64,000 nt of DNA from an uncultured Pelagibacteraceae bacterium (GTDB lineage Bacteria > Pseudomonadota > Alphaproteobacteria > Pelagibacterales > Pelagibacteraceae): positions 7,325 through 71,324 of the forward strand of contig CACFKJ010000001.1 in the NCBI GenBank assembly GCA_902566805.1. Reading direction: 5' to 3'. The notes below the pieces were generated by a model. It was given only the letters and a program-made list of their open reading frames with translations. It had not been told where the DNA came from and did not search any database. This document shows, one piece after another, positions 50,847-61,070 of the stretch. The first letter of the stretch is position 1, and each line of letters starts with the position of its first letter. The position numbers were made by a program, and so were the translations under genes.

Positions 50847-53621
50847 TTAGGCTCTTCTTACTTCTGCTTTATTTTTTTCAGTTTCAACTTCAGTTTTAAA
50901 CATATTCGAAATTTTTTGAACTTCTACCGAAGAAACTTTATATTCCGCACATTTAGTTTCCTCATCTTTACCATGTCCAGTTACCATGTTAACCATATGT
51001 TCTGGAAAGTGGAATGTTGTGAAGACTATACCTTCTTTTACTTTATCAGTTACCTCTACTTTTAAAGATACTTCACCTCTCCCAGAATAAAGTCTTGCAA
51101 CATCTCCTGAATTAAGTTCTCTGTATTTAGCATCATTAGGATGTACTAGAAGCACATCTTCATCAACAATATCAATATTATTTGTTCTTCTAGTCATTGT
51201 AGCTGCGTTATAGTGTTGTAATACTCTGCTTGTTGTTAGTATCAGTGGATAATCTTTTTTATTATTCGCAATTTCAGTACTTTCTTTCCAATCAAAGTAT
51301 TTAATTCTTCCTTTTCCTAGTTTAAATTCTTTTTCGTGAAGGATTTTTGTATCTGTCCCATCTTCTTTTACTGGCCATTGCAATCCTAGTTTACCAAGTC
51401 TTTCTCTAGTTATACCTTTGAAGAAAGGCACTATATCTGCAATTTCCTCTAATACTTGATCAGCATCATATGTTGGTTGATTGTATCCAAGCTTTTGCAT
51501 CATTTCGGTTACAATCACTCCATCAGGTTTTGTGCCTGGCAAAGGTTCAGCAGCTTTATTAACTCGCTGTACTCTTCTTTCTGTATTTGTAAATGTACCA
51601 TCTTTTTCTAAAAAAGTTGTACCTGGCAATACCACATCAGCGTGCTTTGCTGTTTCACTTAGAAATATTTCTTGTACGACTAATAAATCTAAAGCATTCA
51701 TTGCTTGAGCTACGTGTGCACTATTAGGGTCTGTCTGAACAACATCCTCACCAATAATCCAAAGAGCTTTTACTTCTTTGTTTATTGCGGCATCAAATAT
51801 TTCGGGGATTTTTAAACCTGCCTTAGTTGGATGAACAACACCATATTTTTCAGTATAAAAATCTTGAACTTTTTTTTCAGCTACTGGAAAATAACCAGCA
51901 CCTTGATGGGGTTGGCACCCCATATCCGCAGCGCCTTGAACATTATTTTGTCCTCTTAAAGGGTTAACTCCAACTCCTCTTCTTCCTATATTTCCTGTTA
52001 TCATTGCTAGATCTGCAATTAGCATGACTGTTTTAGAGCCTTGTTCATGCTCTGTCACACCAAGACCATGAAATTCCATTGAATTTTTTGCAGTCGCATA
52101 CGCAATTGCTGCTTCTTTAACTTGTTGCTTGTCCACACCTGCTACTTTAGCTAAATGATTTATGTCTAATTTTTTAATTCCTTCAACAAAATTTTCAAAT
52201 CCTTCTGTTCTATTTAAAATAAAATCTTCTTTATATAGTTTTGAAGTAACAATAAAATAAAGCATCATGTTTAATACGGCAACGTTGGTGCCAGGTCTAA
52301 GTCTAATATGGTAATCTGCAAGTTTGGCCAGATCTGTTGTTATTGGATCCAAAACAATAAGTTTTTTCCCTTTCATTACTTGCTGTTTAATTTTTGCTCC
52401 AGTTACAGGATGAGCATTTGTTGGGTTTGCTCCAATTACTAAAAATAAATCAGCATGATAAATATCCTCAGTTGAATTAGTTGCTGCTCCAGTTCCAAAT
52501 GTTTGCTGCATTCCCCATGCAGTTGGTGAATGACAAATTCTAGCACAACAGTCTATATTATTAGTTCCAATTACAGCTCTTATCATTTTTTGGAAAACAT
52601 AATTTTCCTCATTAGTACATCTTGCAGATGAAATACCTGCTATAGCATCTGGTCCATTTTCTTTTTTAATTTTATTTAATTTATTTTTTATAAATTCATA
52701 TGCCTCATCCCAAGAAGACTCTACAAATTTTCCATTTCTTTTAATTAAAGGTGTTTTTAATCTGTCTTTATGATCATAAAATCCAAAAGCGTACCTTCCT
52801 TTTAAACAAGTATGTCCAGCATTAACTTCAGTTTCTTTTGGAGTATCAATCGAAACTACTTTTCCATCTTTAATAGACGCTTCTAAATTACATCCTACTC
52901 CACAGTAAGAACAAGTCGTTCTAACTTTCTTGTCATAATCTGCTGATTTTGAAGCGAACACATCTGATATGGCATCGGTCGGACAGGTATGTGCACATGC
53001 ACCACAAGAAACGCACGATGAGTCTCCAAATAGCATATCATTATCCGTCGTAATCCTAGATTCAAAACCTCTCCCACTCATAGTTAAAACAAAAGATCCT
53101 TGTATCTCATCACAAGCTCTTACGCATCTTCCACAATTAATACAATTATCTAGATTCATTCTCATGTAAGAATGAGAAGTATCTTTTGGTATACCATTAT
53201 TTTGTTTTGGATTATTATATCTGTGTTCCTTGATACCAAGATCATTTGCAACATCTTGAAGTTCACAGTTATTATTAACTTCACAAGTACCACAATTCAT
53301 TGGGTGATCTGTTAAAACTAATTCAACTATATTTTTTCTTAATTTTTTTAATTCATCATTTGTTGTAAATATATGTTGGCCCTCACCAACAGGTGTATGA
53401 CAAGAAGCTACCACTTTAGTTGGACCATCTTTTTCTAAAGCAACTTCAACTGAACATATTCTACACGCACCGTATGGGGCTAAATTAGGATCATCACATA
53501 ATGTAGGAACTTTTTTTTCACCTAAATAGCTTTTAACAAATTTTAATATTGATGTATGATTTGGACCTATTTCATGAGGTTTACCATCTATATAAGCAAT
53601 TTTTCTTTTTTCTGAACTCAT
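50847..53621 (-). CDS. fdhF: NAD-dependent formate dehydrogenase alpha subunit (Mo/W-bisPGD, Cys ligand)
   Basis: N-terminal Fe-S domains (CINCGRCVRAC, CVSCGACAHTCP), CSYCGVGC, ARICH, RGQNNVQG. Confidence 0.95.
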   Translation of the reverse strand: MSSEKRKIAYIDGKPHEIGPNHTSILKFVKSYLGEKKVPTLCDDPNLAPYGACRICSVEVALEKDGPTKVVASCHTPVGEGQHIFTTNDELKKLRKNIVELVLTDHPMNCGTCEVNNNCELQDVANDLGIKEHRYNNPKQNNGIPKDTSHSYMRMNLDNCINCGRCVRACDEIQGSFVLTMSGRGFESRITTDNDMLFGDSSCVSCGACAHTCPTDAISDVFASKSADYDKKVRTTCSYCGVGCNLEASIKDGKVVSIDTPKETEVNAGHTCLKGRYAFGFYDHKDRLKTPLIKRNGKFVESSWDEAYEFIKNKLNKIKKENGPDAIAGISSARCTNEENYVFQKMIRAVIGTNNIDCCARICHSPTAWGMQQTFGTGAATNSTEDIYHADLFLVIGANPTNAHPVTGAKIKQQVMKGKKLIVLDPITTDLAKLADYHIRLRPGTNVAVLNMMLYFIVTSKLYKEDFILNRTEGFENFVEGIKKLDINHLAKVAGVDKQQVKEAAIAYATAKNSMEFHGLGVTEHEQGSKTVMLIADLAMITGNIGRRGVGVNPLRGQNNVQGAADMGCQPHQGAGYFPVAEKKVQDFYTEKYGVVHPTKAGLKIPEIFDAAINKEVKALWIIGEDVVQTDPNSAHVAQAMNALDLLVVQEIFLSETAKHADVVLPGTTFLEKDGTFTNTERRVQRVNKAAEPLPGTKPDGVIVTEMMQKLGYNQPTYDADQVLEEIADIVPFFKGITRERLGKLGLQWPVKEDGTDTKILHEKEFKLGKGRIKYFDWKESTEIANNKKDYPLILTTSRVLQHYNAATMTRRTNNIDIVDEDVLLVHPNDAKYRELNSGDVARLYSGRGEVSLKVEVTDKVKEGIVFTTFHFPEHMVNMVTGHGKDEETKCAEYKVSSVEVQKISNMFKTEVETEKNKAEVRRA

Positions 53622-55279
53622 TAATTTTCTTTTATAATATCATTTTTTAATTCGTCACCAAAATACTTTAAAATATTCATAATAGGAACAGGAATTGCTC
53701 CACATAAAGCACAAAGACATCCTTTTTTCATAGTAATAAGAAGCTCATTTAGTAACTTTAAGGGAATTTTTGCAGATTTATTCTTTACTTGGTCGAACAT
53801 CTCTTTTCCTCTATAAGACCCAAGTCTTCCAGGAAAACATTTTCCACATGATTCTTCTGCTGAAAATTCAAAAAGATGATGAATATAATCAATCATATTA
53901 AATTCTTCTGGTATACTTACAACACTGGCATGTCCAAGCATAAAACCCGCTGAAGTAAACTCTTGAAAATCTAAATTTAGATTATCTATTTCATTAGTAG
54001 GTACTACACCACCTAGTGGACCACCTATCTGAAATGCTTTAACTGGTTTTTTAAGTCCTCCTCCAAATTCATAAAATATTTTTTTCATTGAAGTACACAT
54101 ATCAACTTCATAAACACCAGGCTTATTAAAAAAACTATCTAAACAAACTAGTTTAGTACCAGCAGATTTTTTATTTCCTATTGCTGAAAACTTTTCTGCA
54201 CCATTAATTAAAATCCCACTTGCTGCAGCTAAAGTTTCAACATTGTTAACAACAGTTGGTTTTTTATATAATCCTTCAGTAACTGGAAATGGTGGTCTAA
54301 CATCTACTTCTGCTCTTCTACCTTCTATAGAAGCTATCAAAGCAGTTTCTTCTCCACAGATATATGCTCCTTGTCCAATACAAATATTTAAATCAAAAGA
54401 AAAACCTGAACCTAATATATTCTTTCCAAGTAAACCTGCTTCTTTTAATGAATTAATTGATCCATTAAGTGCTTCAATTGATTTAGGGTATTCACCTCTA
54501 ATATATAGAACACCTTCGTCACTTCCAATTACAAATCCACAAATAATCATTCCAAAAATTACTTTTAGAGGCTGATCTTCTAATAAGTATCTATCAGAAA
54601 ATGCACCAGAGTCTCCTTCATCAGCATTACAAATTACATATTTTTTTTCAGATTTTGCTTTACTACAAAAATCCCATTTCATTCCAGTAGGAAATCCAGC
54701 CCCACCTCTTCCAGAAAGATTAGATGATAATAGTGATTTTATAATATCTTTTTTTTCATGTTTTAAAAATTTACTTAAATTGTCTTTAAACTTTTCAATA
54801 TTAGATAATTTATCATCCATTAAAAAACTTGTTGTTGCATAACTTTTTGATATAAATTTTTCTTGAATAATTTCATCACCTTTTACTATTTGATCAATTT
54901 TTTGAATATCATTACCAGCGTAATTTTCACCATCATAATGAAAAGCATGATTTTCATAACAATAACCCAAGCAGAACATTTCTCCAACTTTATCATCCCC
55001 AAGTTTTTCTTGTAATTTCTTTTTAAGATTTTTCTGTGTGCCAGCGCACATGCAAGCACTTCCATTACATACAAAAGCTTTTTTTGATCTATGTTCAGGT
55101 CTTAAAAACTCATAAAAACTTTCAGCTCCATAAATTGTTGAGACACCAACATTATATTTGTCTGCTAGTTCTTTAAAACCTTCTCCATTTTTAGAATTAA
55201 TAGATCTTTCAGAAAGTTTTTGAAACAGATTATCTTTTAATCCTATTCTTCCTGATAATTTACTAATATTTTTAGACAT
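53621..55279 (-). CDS. Formate dehydrogenase NADH-binding subunit (NuoE-like + NuoF-like fusion)
   Basis: N-terminal CNGSAC..CLGYC; GRGGAGFP, CNADEGD, YICGEETAL, ESCGKCFPGR. Confidence 0.9.
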   Translation of the reverse strand: MSKNISKLSGRIGLKDNLFQKLSERSINSKNGEGFKELADKYNVGVSTIYGAESFYEFLRPEHRSKKAFVCNGSACMCAGTQKNLKKKLQEKLGDDKVGEMFCLGYCYENHAFHYDGENYAGNDIQKIDQIVKGDEIIQEKFISKSYATTSFLMDDKLSNIEKFKDNLSKFLKHEKKDIIKSLLSSNLSGRGGAGFPTGMKWDFCSKAKSEKKYVICNADEGDSGAFSDRYLLEDQPLKVIFGMIICGFVIGSDEGVLYIRGEYPKSIEALNGSINSLKEAGLLGKNILGSGFSFDLNICIGQGAYICGEETALIASIEGRRAEVDVRPPFPVTEGLYKKPTVVNNVETLAAASGILINGAEKFSAIGNKKSAGTKLVCLDSFFNKPGVYEVDMCTSMKKIFYEFGGGLKKPVKAFQIGGPLGGVVPTNEIDNLNLDFQEFTSAGFMLGHASVVSIPEEFNMIDYIHHLFEFSAEESCGKCFPGRLGSYRGKEMFDQVKNKSAKIPLKLLNELLITMKKGCLCALCGAIPVPIMNILKYFGDELKNDIIKEN

Positions 55280-55285
55280 TAAGTT

Positions 55286-56122
55286 TTATAATATAATTCT
55301 ATCTTTATTGGTGTAAATATTAAAACTGTTGTTTTTTACAAACCCCAAAATTGTCATACCAAATCTTTTTGCCAGGTCTATAGCAAGACTTGTTGGCGCA
55401 CCAACGCCTGCCATAATGCCAATATTTGACATTAATCCCTTTTGAACTAATTCAAAGTTAAGTCTGCCTGAACAAGCAATAAATTGAGAATGATTATCAA
55501 TTAATTTTTTTTTTTGAGTGAAGCCAATTAATTTATCTAGAGCGTTATGTCTTCCTACATCTTCTCTTGTTGCGATTACATTTCCTGACTCATCAATTAA
55601 GCAGCTCGCATGTATTCCTCCAGTTTTAGAAAATTCTGATTGTTCTTTTGATAGTAGATCTGGAGATTTCATAATTATATTTTTTTTTATTTTAGGAAAA
55701 GATAAGTTTAATTTTTCTTTTTTTGCTATTTCAACTGTATCAAGAGAGGTTTTGCCACAAACACCACAAGATGAGTTTGTTACAAAATTTCTTTTTAATT
55801 TATTTATATCAACATTTTCACTTTTGTTTATTTTTGCTATAATTTTATTTTGTATGTTGTAATCACCAACTTTATCCCCAGCTTTTTCAATAGTATCAAT
55901 TTCAGATATATCCTCTATTATTCTTTCGTTAAATAGAAACCCAGCTAAAAGATCTTCATCATGCCCAGGAGTTCTCATTGTTATTGATATATTTTCATTT
56001 ATCCATTTACCATTTTTCTGAAATTGCAAGTTCATCTCCAGAGGTTCTTCAACTGAAATTAAATCTTTAATTTCCTCTACATTATTATCTTTGTATTTTG
56101 TAATATTATATTTAATGTCCAT
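55286..56122 (-). CDS. fdhD: FDH sulfurtransferase FdhD
   Basis: MRTPG, SSCGVCG, TGGIHA, REDVGRHNALDKLIG. Confidence 0.95.
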   Translation of the reverse strand: MDIKYNITKYKDNNVEEIKDLISVEEPLEMNLQFQKNGKWINENISITMRTPGHDEDLLAGFLFNERIIEDISEIDTIEKAGDKVGDYNIQNKIIAKINKSENVDINKLKRNFVTNSSCGVCGKTSLDTVEIAKKEKLNLSFPKIKKNIIMKSPDLLSKEQSEFSKTGGIHASCLIDESGNVIATREDVGRHNALDKLIGFTQKKKLIDNHSQFIACSGRLNFELVQKGLMSNIGIMAGVGAPTSLAIDLAKRFGMTILGFVKNNSFNIYTNKDRIIL

Positions 56123-56587
56123 TTAAATAGGATATTTCTTTTTTAAAATAAATCGATTTAAAATTATACCAAAAAACAGAATAATAATTGATCCACATAT
56201 AATTGGATTAATTAAATATTCAAAAGATACCCCTCCCATTATTACTATAATAGGATTTCCTCCAGCAGGAGGATGAGTTATATTGAAAATAATCATCAAG
56301 CTAACACCTAAACCTACTGCGAGTGGTAGTAAAATGTAAAGTGGTAAGGGAATAAAGTTTAAGCAAAAAATACCAATCAGAGAAGTTACTAAGTGACCAA
56401 AAAAAATATTTTTTGGTTGTGCGAATGGACTTTCAGGATATCCATATAACAGTACCATAGATGAACCAAAAGAAGCTATCAGAAATATTCCAAAAATTGT
56501 TTTATATGTCAAAAAAGTAAGCACACCAATCGTAATAGCCGAAAACAATCCAGCAAAAAAAGATTTTTTTAAATCATCTTTATTCAT
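56123..56587 (-). CDS. HPP family membrane protein
   Basis: ASFGSS..PESPFAQP..GH, THPPAGG. Confidence 0.9.
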   Translation of the reverse strand: MNKDDLKKSFFAGLFSAITIGVLTFLTYKTIFGIFLIASFGSSMVLLYGYPESPFAQPKNIFFGHLVTSLIGIFCLNFIPLPLYILLPLAVGLGVSLMIIFNITHPPAGGNPIIVIMGGVSFEYLINPIICGSIIILFFGIILNRFILKKKYPI

Positions 56588-56591
56588 TTAA

Positions 56592-56987
56592 TTATCGTAA
56601 AGCTTTTATTAGTGCTTTAAAAGGTAATTTTAAGCATTCTTTCCTAGATATATTTTTTTCACTGAACAATCTGTTAAAGGTTGACCATTCTCCTGGAAAT
56701 TTCAAAGTTTTATCTTCAAAAAAATTATCAGCTATGTTTGTTATTTTTTTTATATTATTTATAGATTTATTTATCGATTTTCTTGACAACAGACTTACTG
56801 CAGCCTGGCAATATATGCATGATTTACATTGATATCCAAAATCTAAAATTTTATCTTTTTCAATTTTTATTGAAATTTGCATTTCATCTCCACATAAGGG
56901 ATTTTTATGTTTAGATGAATGGGTACAATTTTTGATAATTTTATTATTTTCAGTATTTGAAGCTATTTTTAAAATTTCTAAATCCAT
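56592..56987 (-). CDS. SufU/IscU (NifU-N)-like protein
   Basis: NPLCGD, SCIYCQA, RKECL. Confidence 0.82.
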   Translation of the reverse strand: MDLEILKIASNTENNKIIKNCTHSSKHKNPLCGDEMQISIKIEKDKILDFGYQCKSCIYCQAAVSLLSRKSINKSINNIKKITNIADNFFEDKTLKFPGEWSTFNRLFSEKNISRKECLKLPFKALIKALR

Positions 56988-57031
56988 TAAATATTCTTTA
57001 TTTAAAAAATTAATGATTTATATTTGTTTTC

Positions 57032-57646
57032 ATGGGCGAAAACAACATCTTAGCGACAATATTAGCCGGAGGTAAATCCAGAAGATTTGGAACAGATAAA
57101 AGTTTAGCAAAATTAGGAAATAAATCGCTTATAGATCATACAATAAGTAAAATAGAAAAAAATTTTTCAGAAATATTAATCGTCTCAAATAAGCAAATAA
57201 TCGATCAAAAAAAAAAAAATATAAATATTATTGAAGATTGTTTGCCAGGCCAACTTGGTCCACTAGTTGGTGTTTTATCAGCAATGAAATGGATAAAAAA
57301 AAATAGTAAAAATTATAATTGGGTTGCTACTTTTCCTTGTGATACACCTTTTTTTGATGATAAAATATTTTTTCATTTACAAAAAAAATCAAAAAAAAAA
57401 GATAATAAATTATATTTTTTTAAAACAGGTGAAAAAAGACATAATATATTTGGTTTATGGTCATTAGAATTAATAAATATATTAGAAGAAGATATAAAAA
57501 AAAATTTTAGAAAAGTTGAAACTTGGGCAAATAAAATAGGATTAGAATTAATTGAAATCGATGCAAAACAAGATGATACTTTTTTAAATATAAACACAAA
57601 AGATGATTTAGAAAAAGCTGAAAATAAATTAAAAGTAATAAAATGA
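57032..57646 (+). CDS. mobA: Molybdenum cofactor guanylyltransferase
   Basis: LAGGKSRRFG.DK, GPLVG, PCDTPF, FLNINT. Confidence 0.93.
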   Translation: MGENNILATILAGGKSRRFGTDKSLAKLGNKSLIDHTISKIEKNFSEILIVSNKQIIDQKKKNINIIEDCLPGQLGPLVGVLSAMKWIKKNSKNYNWVATFPCDTPFFDDKIFFHLQKKSKKKDNKLYFFKTGEKRHNIFGLWSLELINILEEDIKKNFRKVETWANKIGLELIEIDAKQDDTFLNINTKDDLEKAENKLKVIK

Positions 57647-58896
57647 TTTCTTATAGTAAAGCCCTAAATATATTAAAAAAAAATAAGATATTAATTAAGT
57701 CGGAAACTGTTTTATCCAAAGATTCAGTTGGTAGAGTTTCATCTAATAATATTTACTCTCCTTGCAATTATCCATCAGCAGACAATACAGCGTTTGATGG
57801 TTTTGCTATTAATTCTTTAGATACAAAAGATTTGAGCATTAAAAAAAAAAGAAAATTTAAAATAATAAAAACTTTAGCCGCAGGAGATAATCCAAATATT
57901 AAAAAAGTTAAAAAATTTAGTGTAATTGAGGTAATGACAGGGGCAATAATTAACAAACCTTTTAACTCGGTTATACCTATTGAAACTATAAAGTTTTATC
58001 CCAATAAAGGGAAACCAAATTTTATCATTGTAGATAAAAAAATAAAAAAATATGAACACTTAAGATTCAAAGGGTCTGATTATAAAAAAGGTGAAAAGAT
58101 TATAAGCAAAGGAGAAATTATAAAACCAAGTCACATTTTAGCTTTTAAGACGCTAGGTATAAAAAAATTATCAGTAAAGAAAATTCCTAAAATAATTTTT
58201 TATTCTACTGGGAACGAAATTACTAATAAATTAAATGTACCTAATTGGAAAATAAGAAATTCAAACAGTTATTATCTCAGATCCTTTTTAAAGAATATTC
58301 CAATATCTTTTAAGGAGCAAAATATACTAAGAGATAATGGTGAAAAAAAATTTAAAAATGAGATTAAACAAAATATTAAATTAAAGACAGATATAGTAAT
58401 TACATCAGGTGCTGTTTCTGCGGGTAAATTTGATTATGTTCCAAAAGTTATCAAAGATTTTAAAATCAAAAAAATGTTTAAAGGTGTATCCATAAGACCA
58501 GGAAAACCAATAATGTTTGCAAAATTTAAAAAAAAATTGATATTTTTTGGCTTACCAGGTAATCCAATTTCATCAGCAGCTTGTTTTAGATTTTTTGTAT
58601 TACCTTTTGTTTTTGCGTCATTAAACCTAAATTCTGATAAGAATTTTTATGCCATATTAAAAAAAAAATTTGTTAAAAAAAAATCATTTACAAGGTTTAT
58701 AAAAGGTAAGATTTCTTTTTCAAATTCAGGTTTAATTACTTTTGAGGTTCTTAAAGGGCAGGAGTCGTATAGAATAAATCCTTTTACTAAAACAAACGCA
58801 TGGGGTCTTTTTCCAAATACTAAAAGTATTTTTAAAAAAGGAGATTTACTAGAATGTTATTCACCATCTGGCATTAATGAACTATTAATAAAGTAA
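57643..58896 (+). CDS. moeA: Molybdopterin molybdotransferase
   Basis: AFDGFA, MTGA, STGNE, SGAVSAGKFD, RPGKP, GLPGNP. Confidence 0.94.
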   Translation: MISYSKALNILKKNKILIKSETVLSKDSVGRVSSNNIYSPCNYPSADNTAFDGFAINSLDTKDLSIKKKRKFKIIKTLAAGDNPNIKKVKKFSVIEVMTGAIINKPFNSVIPIETIKFYPNKGKPNFIIVDKKIKKYEHLRFKGSDYKKGEKIISKGEIIKPSHILAFKTLGIKKLSVKKIPKIIFYSTGNEITNKLNVPNWKIRNSNSYYLRSFLKNIPISFKEQNILRDNGEKKFKNEIKQNIKLKTDIVITSGAVSAGKFDYVPKVIKDFKIKKMFKGVSIRPGKPIMFAKFKKKLIFFGLPGNPISSAACFRFFVLPFVFASLNLNSDKNFYAILKKKFVKKKSFTRFIKGKISFSNSGLITFEVLKGQESYRINPFTKTNAWGLFPNTKSIFKKGDLLECYSPSGINELLIK

Positions 58897-58940
58897 TTTT
58901 TTTTTGTTGAGTAAAATTATATTAGGTATTAAGTTCTCGC

Positions 58941-59846
58941 ATGCCTGATATAAAAAATCCCAAATTTGCAATCCCAATTGTTTTATTTGCAGGTCTATTT
59001 TGGTCATTTGGTCCATATGTTGTTAGACATATAAGCGAAGCTCATACAGTTCCATGGCAGTATTTATTTACTAGAGGATTGGTGATATTTATCTTATTAA
59101 ATATCTATCTATTCTTAGAAGAAGGAATTGAATTTTACAAAAATTACCTAAAAATTGGTTTATCAGGTTTAATTGGTGGTATCGGTTTAGGAATAGCCAT
59201 GACAACATTTATTTGGTCGATAACAAATACATCAGCAGCAATAACTCTTTTATGTTTAGCAGCAATGCCATTTATAACGGCATTACTTGGATTTTTATTT
59301 CTTAAGGAAAATATTTCAACTAGTGTATGGGTTTCCATATTTATTTCTACAATCGGAATTATTATTATGGCATTCGGAAATAACAATTCAGGTTCATTTT
59401 TCGGATTTATTTTTGGAATGCTTTCATCCTTAGGTTTTGCAGTTTTTTCAGTGAGTCTTAGATGGAGAAAGGATACTCCAAAATTTACTACAGTTGCAAT
59501 TGCAGGTTTATTTTGTGTTTTACTCTCTGGGATAATAATTCTTTCTAGCGAAAGTAGTTTTCTATCATCAGGAAAAAATCAATCTTTATTTGCAACACAT
59601 GGCACACTAGTATGTTGTGGTCTTATACTTTATTCAATTGGTTCAAAACATATTCCAGCTGCAGAATTAACATTGTTATCTTTAACTGAAGTTATAGGTG
59701 GAATATTTTGGGTTTGGTTACCTTGGTTAGGAATTAATGAAATCCCTTCAACAAATACAATTATTGGTGGTTTCTTTATTTTTATAGCTTTATTTTATTA
59801 TAGTTTGATTATGAAAACTAATAAAAGATTCATAGGACTAAATTAA
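58941..59846 (+). CDS. DMT/EamA transporter
   Basis: 10 TM, duplicated EamA (FLFLKE, LSLTEVIGG). Confidence 0.88.
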   Translation: MPDIKNPKFAIPIVLFAGLFWSFGPYVVRHISEAHTVPWQYLFTRGLVIFILLNIYLFLEEGIEFYKNYLKIGLSGLIGGIGLGIAMTTFIWSITNTSAAITLLCLAAMPFITALLGFLFLKENISTSVWVSIFISTIGIIIMAFGNNNSGSFFGFIFGMLSSLGFAVFSVSLRWRKDTPKFTTVAIAGLFCVLLSGIIILSSESSFLSSGKNQSLFATHGTLVCCGLILYSIGSKHIPAAELTLLSLTEVIGGIFWVWLPWLGINEIPSTNTIIGGFFIFIALFYYSLIMKTNKRFIGLN

Positions 59847-59852
59847 AACTTT

Positions 59853-61070
59853 ATGGAGAGACCAGATTTTTTTAAGCTTGAGAATGGCGAAAAAGTAAAA
59901 TTACCATTTACCGACAAAGAATATCAAAATAGATTATCTAAACTAAGAACAGTTATGTCAAACCAAGGTATGGATATGGTAATCTTAACTTCAATGCATA
60001 ACATTGCCTATTATACAGGTTTTATTTATTGTTCCTTTGGACGTCCTTATGGATGTCTAGTGACAGAAAACAAAATTGTAACAATTTCAGCAAATATTGA
60101 TGCAAGTCAACCATGGAGAAGATCACATTGTGAAAACATAATTTATACTGATTGGAAAAGAGACAATTTCTTAAAAGCAATTGTATCAATTATTGGCAGA
60201 GATGAACCTCCAAAAACCATAGGTATTGAAAATGATCACATAACTTTAGAAATAAAAAACAAATTAAACTCTATTTTTCCTGATTCAATTTTTAAAAATA
60301 TTGCAAATCATTTAATGAAATTACGAATGATTAAATCTGATGAAGAAATCGAAATTATTAAAAACGGAGCACGAATTGCTGATTTAGGAGCAGAAGAAAT
60401 TGTAAAAAATATAAAGCCAGGTCAAACAGAAATTGAAATTGCAATTGCTGGAAGAGATCGGATGGAAAGAGAGATTGCCAAAACATATCCCAATGCAGAA
60501 TATATGGATACATGGGTATGGTTCCAGTCGGGAATTAATACAGATGGCGCACACAACCCAAAGACAAATAGAGCTTTGAAAAAAGGAGATATTTTATCTT
60601 TAAATACATTTCCCATGATATCGGGGTATTACACAGCTCTTGAGAGAACTTTGTTTGCTGAAGAGATTGATGACGATTCACTTAAAGCTTGGGAAGCAAA
60701 TGTAAAAGTACATAAAAGAGGGTTAGAATTAATTAAACCTGGTGTTAAATGTTCTGAAGTTTGCGAGGAACTAAACGATTTATTTGCTCAACTAGAATAC
60801 CTTCAGTATAGAACTTTTGGTTATGGGCACTCATTTGGAATGTTATCACACTTTTATGGAAGGGAGGCAGGTCTAGAACTTAGAGAAGATATTGACACAA
60901 TTCTTGAAAAAAATATGGTTATTTCAATGGAACCAATGATAATGATACCAGAAGGAAAACCAGGAGCTGGCGGATACAGAGAACATGACATTCTGATTAT
61001 TACTGACAAAAGTGCTGAGAATATTACAAAATTTCCATTTGGACCTGAAAATAATATAATAAAAAATTAA
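59853..61070 (+). CDS. Creatinase (creatine amidinohydrolase)
   Basis: Near-identical blocks to Pseudomonas creatinase as I recall it: YCSFGRPY, QPWRR, YTDW, DTWVWFQSGINTDGAHNP, YYTALERT, GREAGLELREDI, GGYREHD. Confidence 0.93.
   Translation: MERPDFFKLENGEKVKLPFTDKEYQNRLSKLRTVMSNQGMDMVILTSMHNIAYYTGFIYCSFGRPYGCLVTENKIVTISANIDASQPWRRSHCENIIYTDWKRDNFLKAIVSIIGRDEPPKTIGIENDHITLEIKNKLNSIFPDSIFKNIANHLMKLRMIKSDEEIEIIKNGARIADLGAEEIVKNIKPGQTEIEIAIAGRDRMEREIAKTYPNAEYMDTWVWFQSGINTDGAHNPKTNRALKKGDILSLNTFPMISGYYTALERTLFAEEIDDDSLKAWEANVKVHKRGLELIKPGVKCSEVCEELNDLFAQLEYLQYRTFGYGHSFGMLSHFYGREAGLELREDIDTILEKNMVISMEPMIMIPEGKPGAGGYREHDILIITDKSAENITKFPFGPENNIIKN

Noticed and set aside
52520-52560. Selenocysteine in FDH alpha
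   Set aside because: The active-site position is a normal Cys codon (ARICH), with no in-frame TGA
59853-61070. M24-fold protein as DMSP lyase DddP or a peptidase
   Set aside because: Sequence blocks match creatinase closely and lack the metal-ligand pattern of M24 peptidases/DddP
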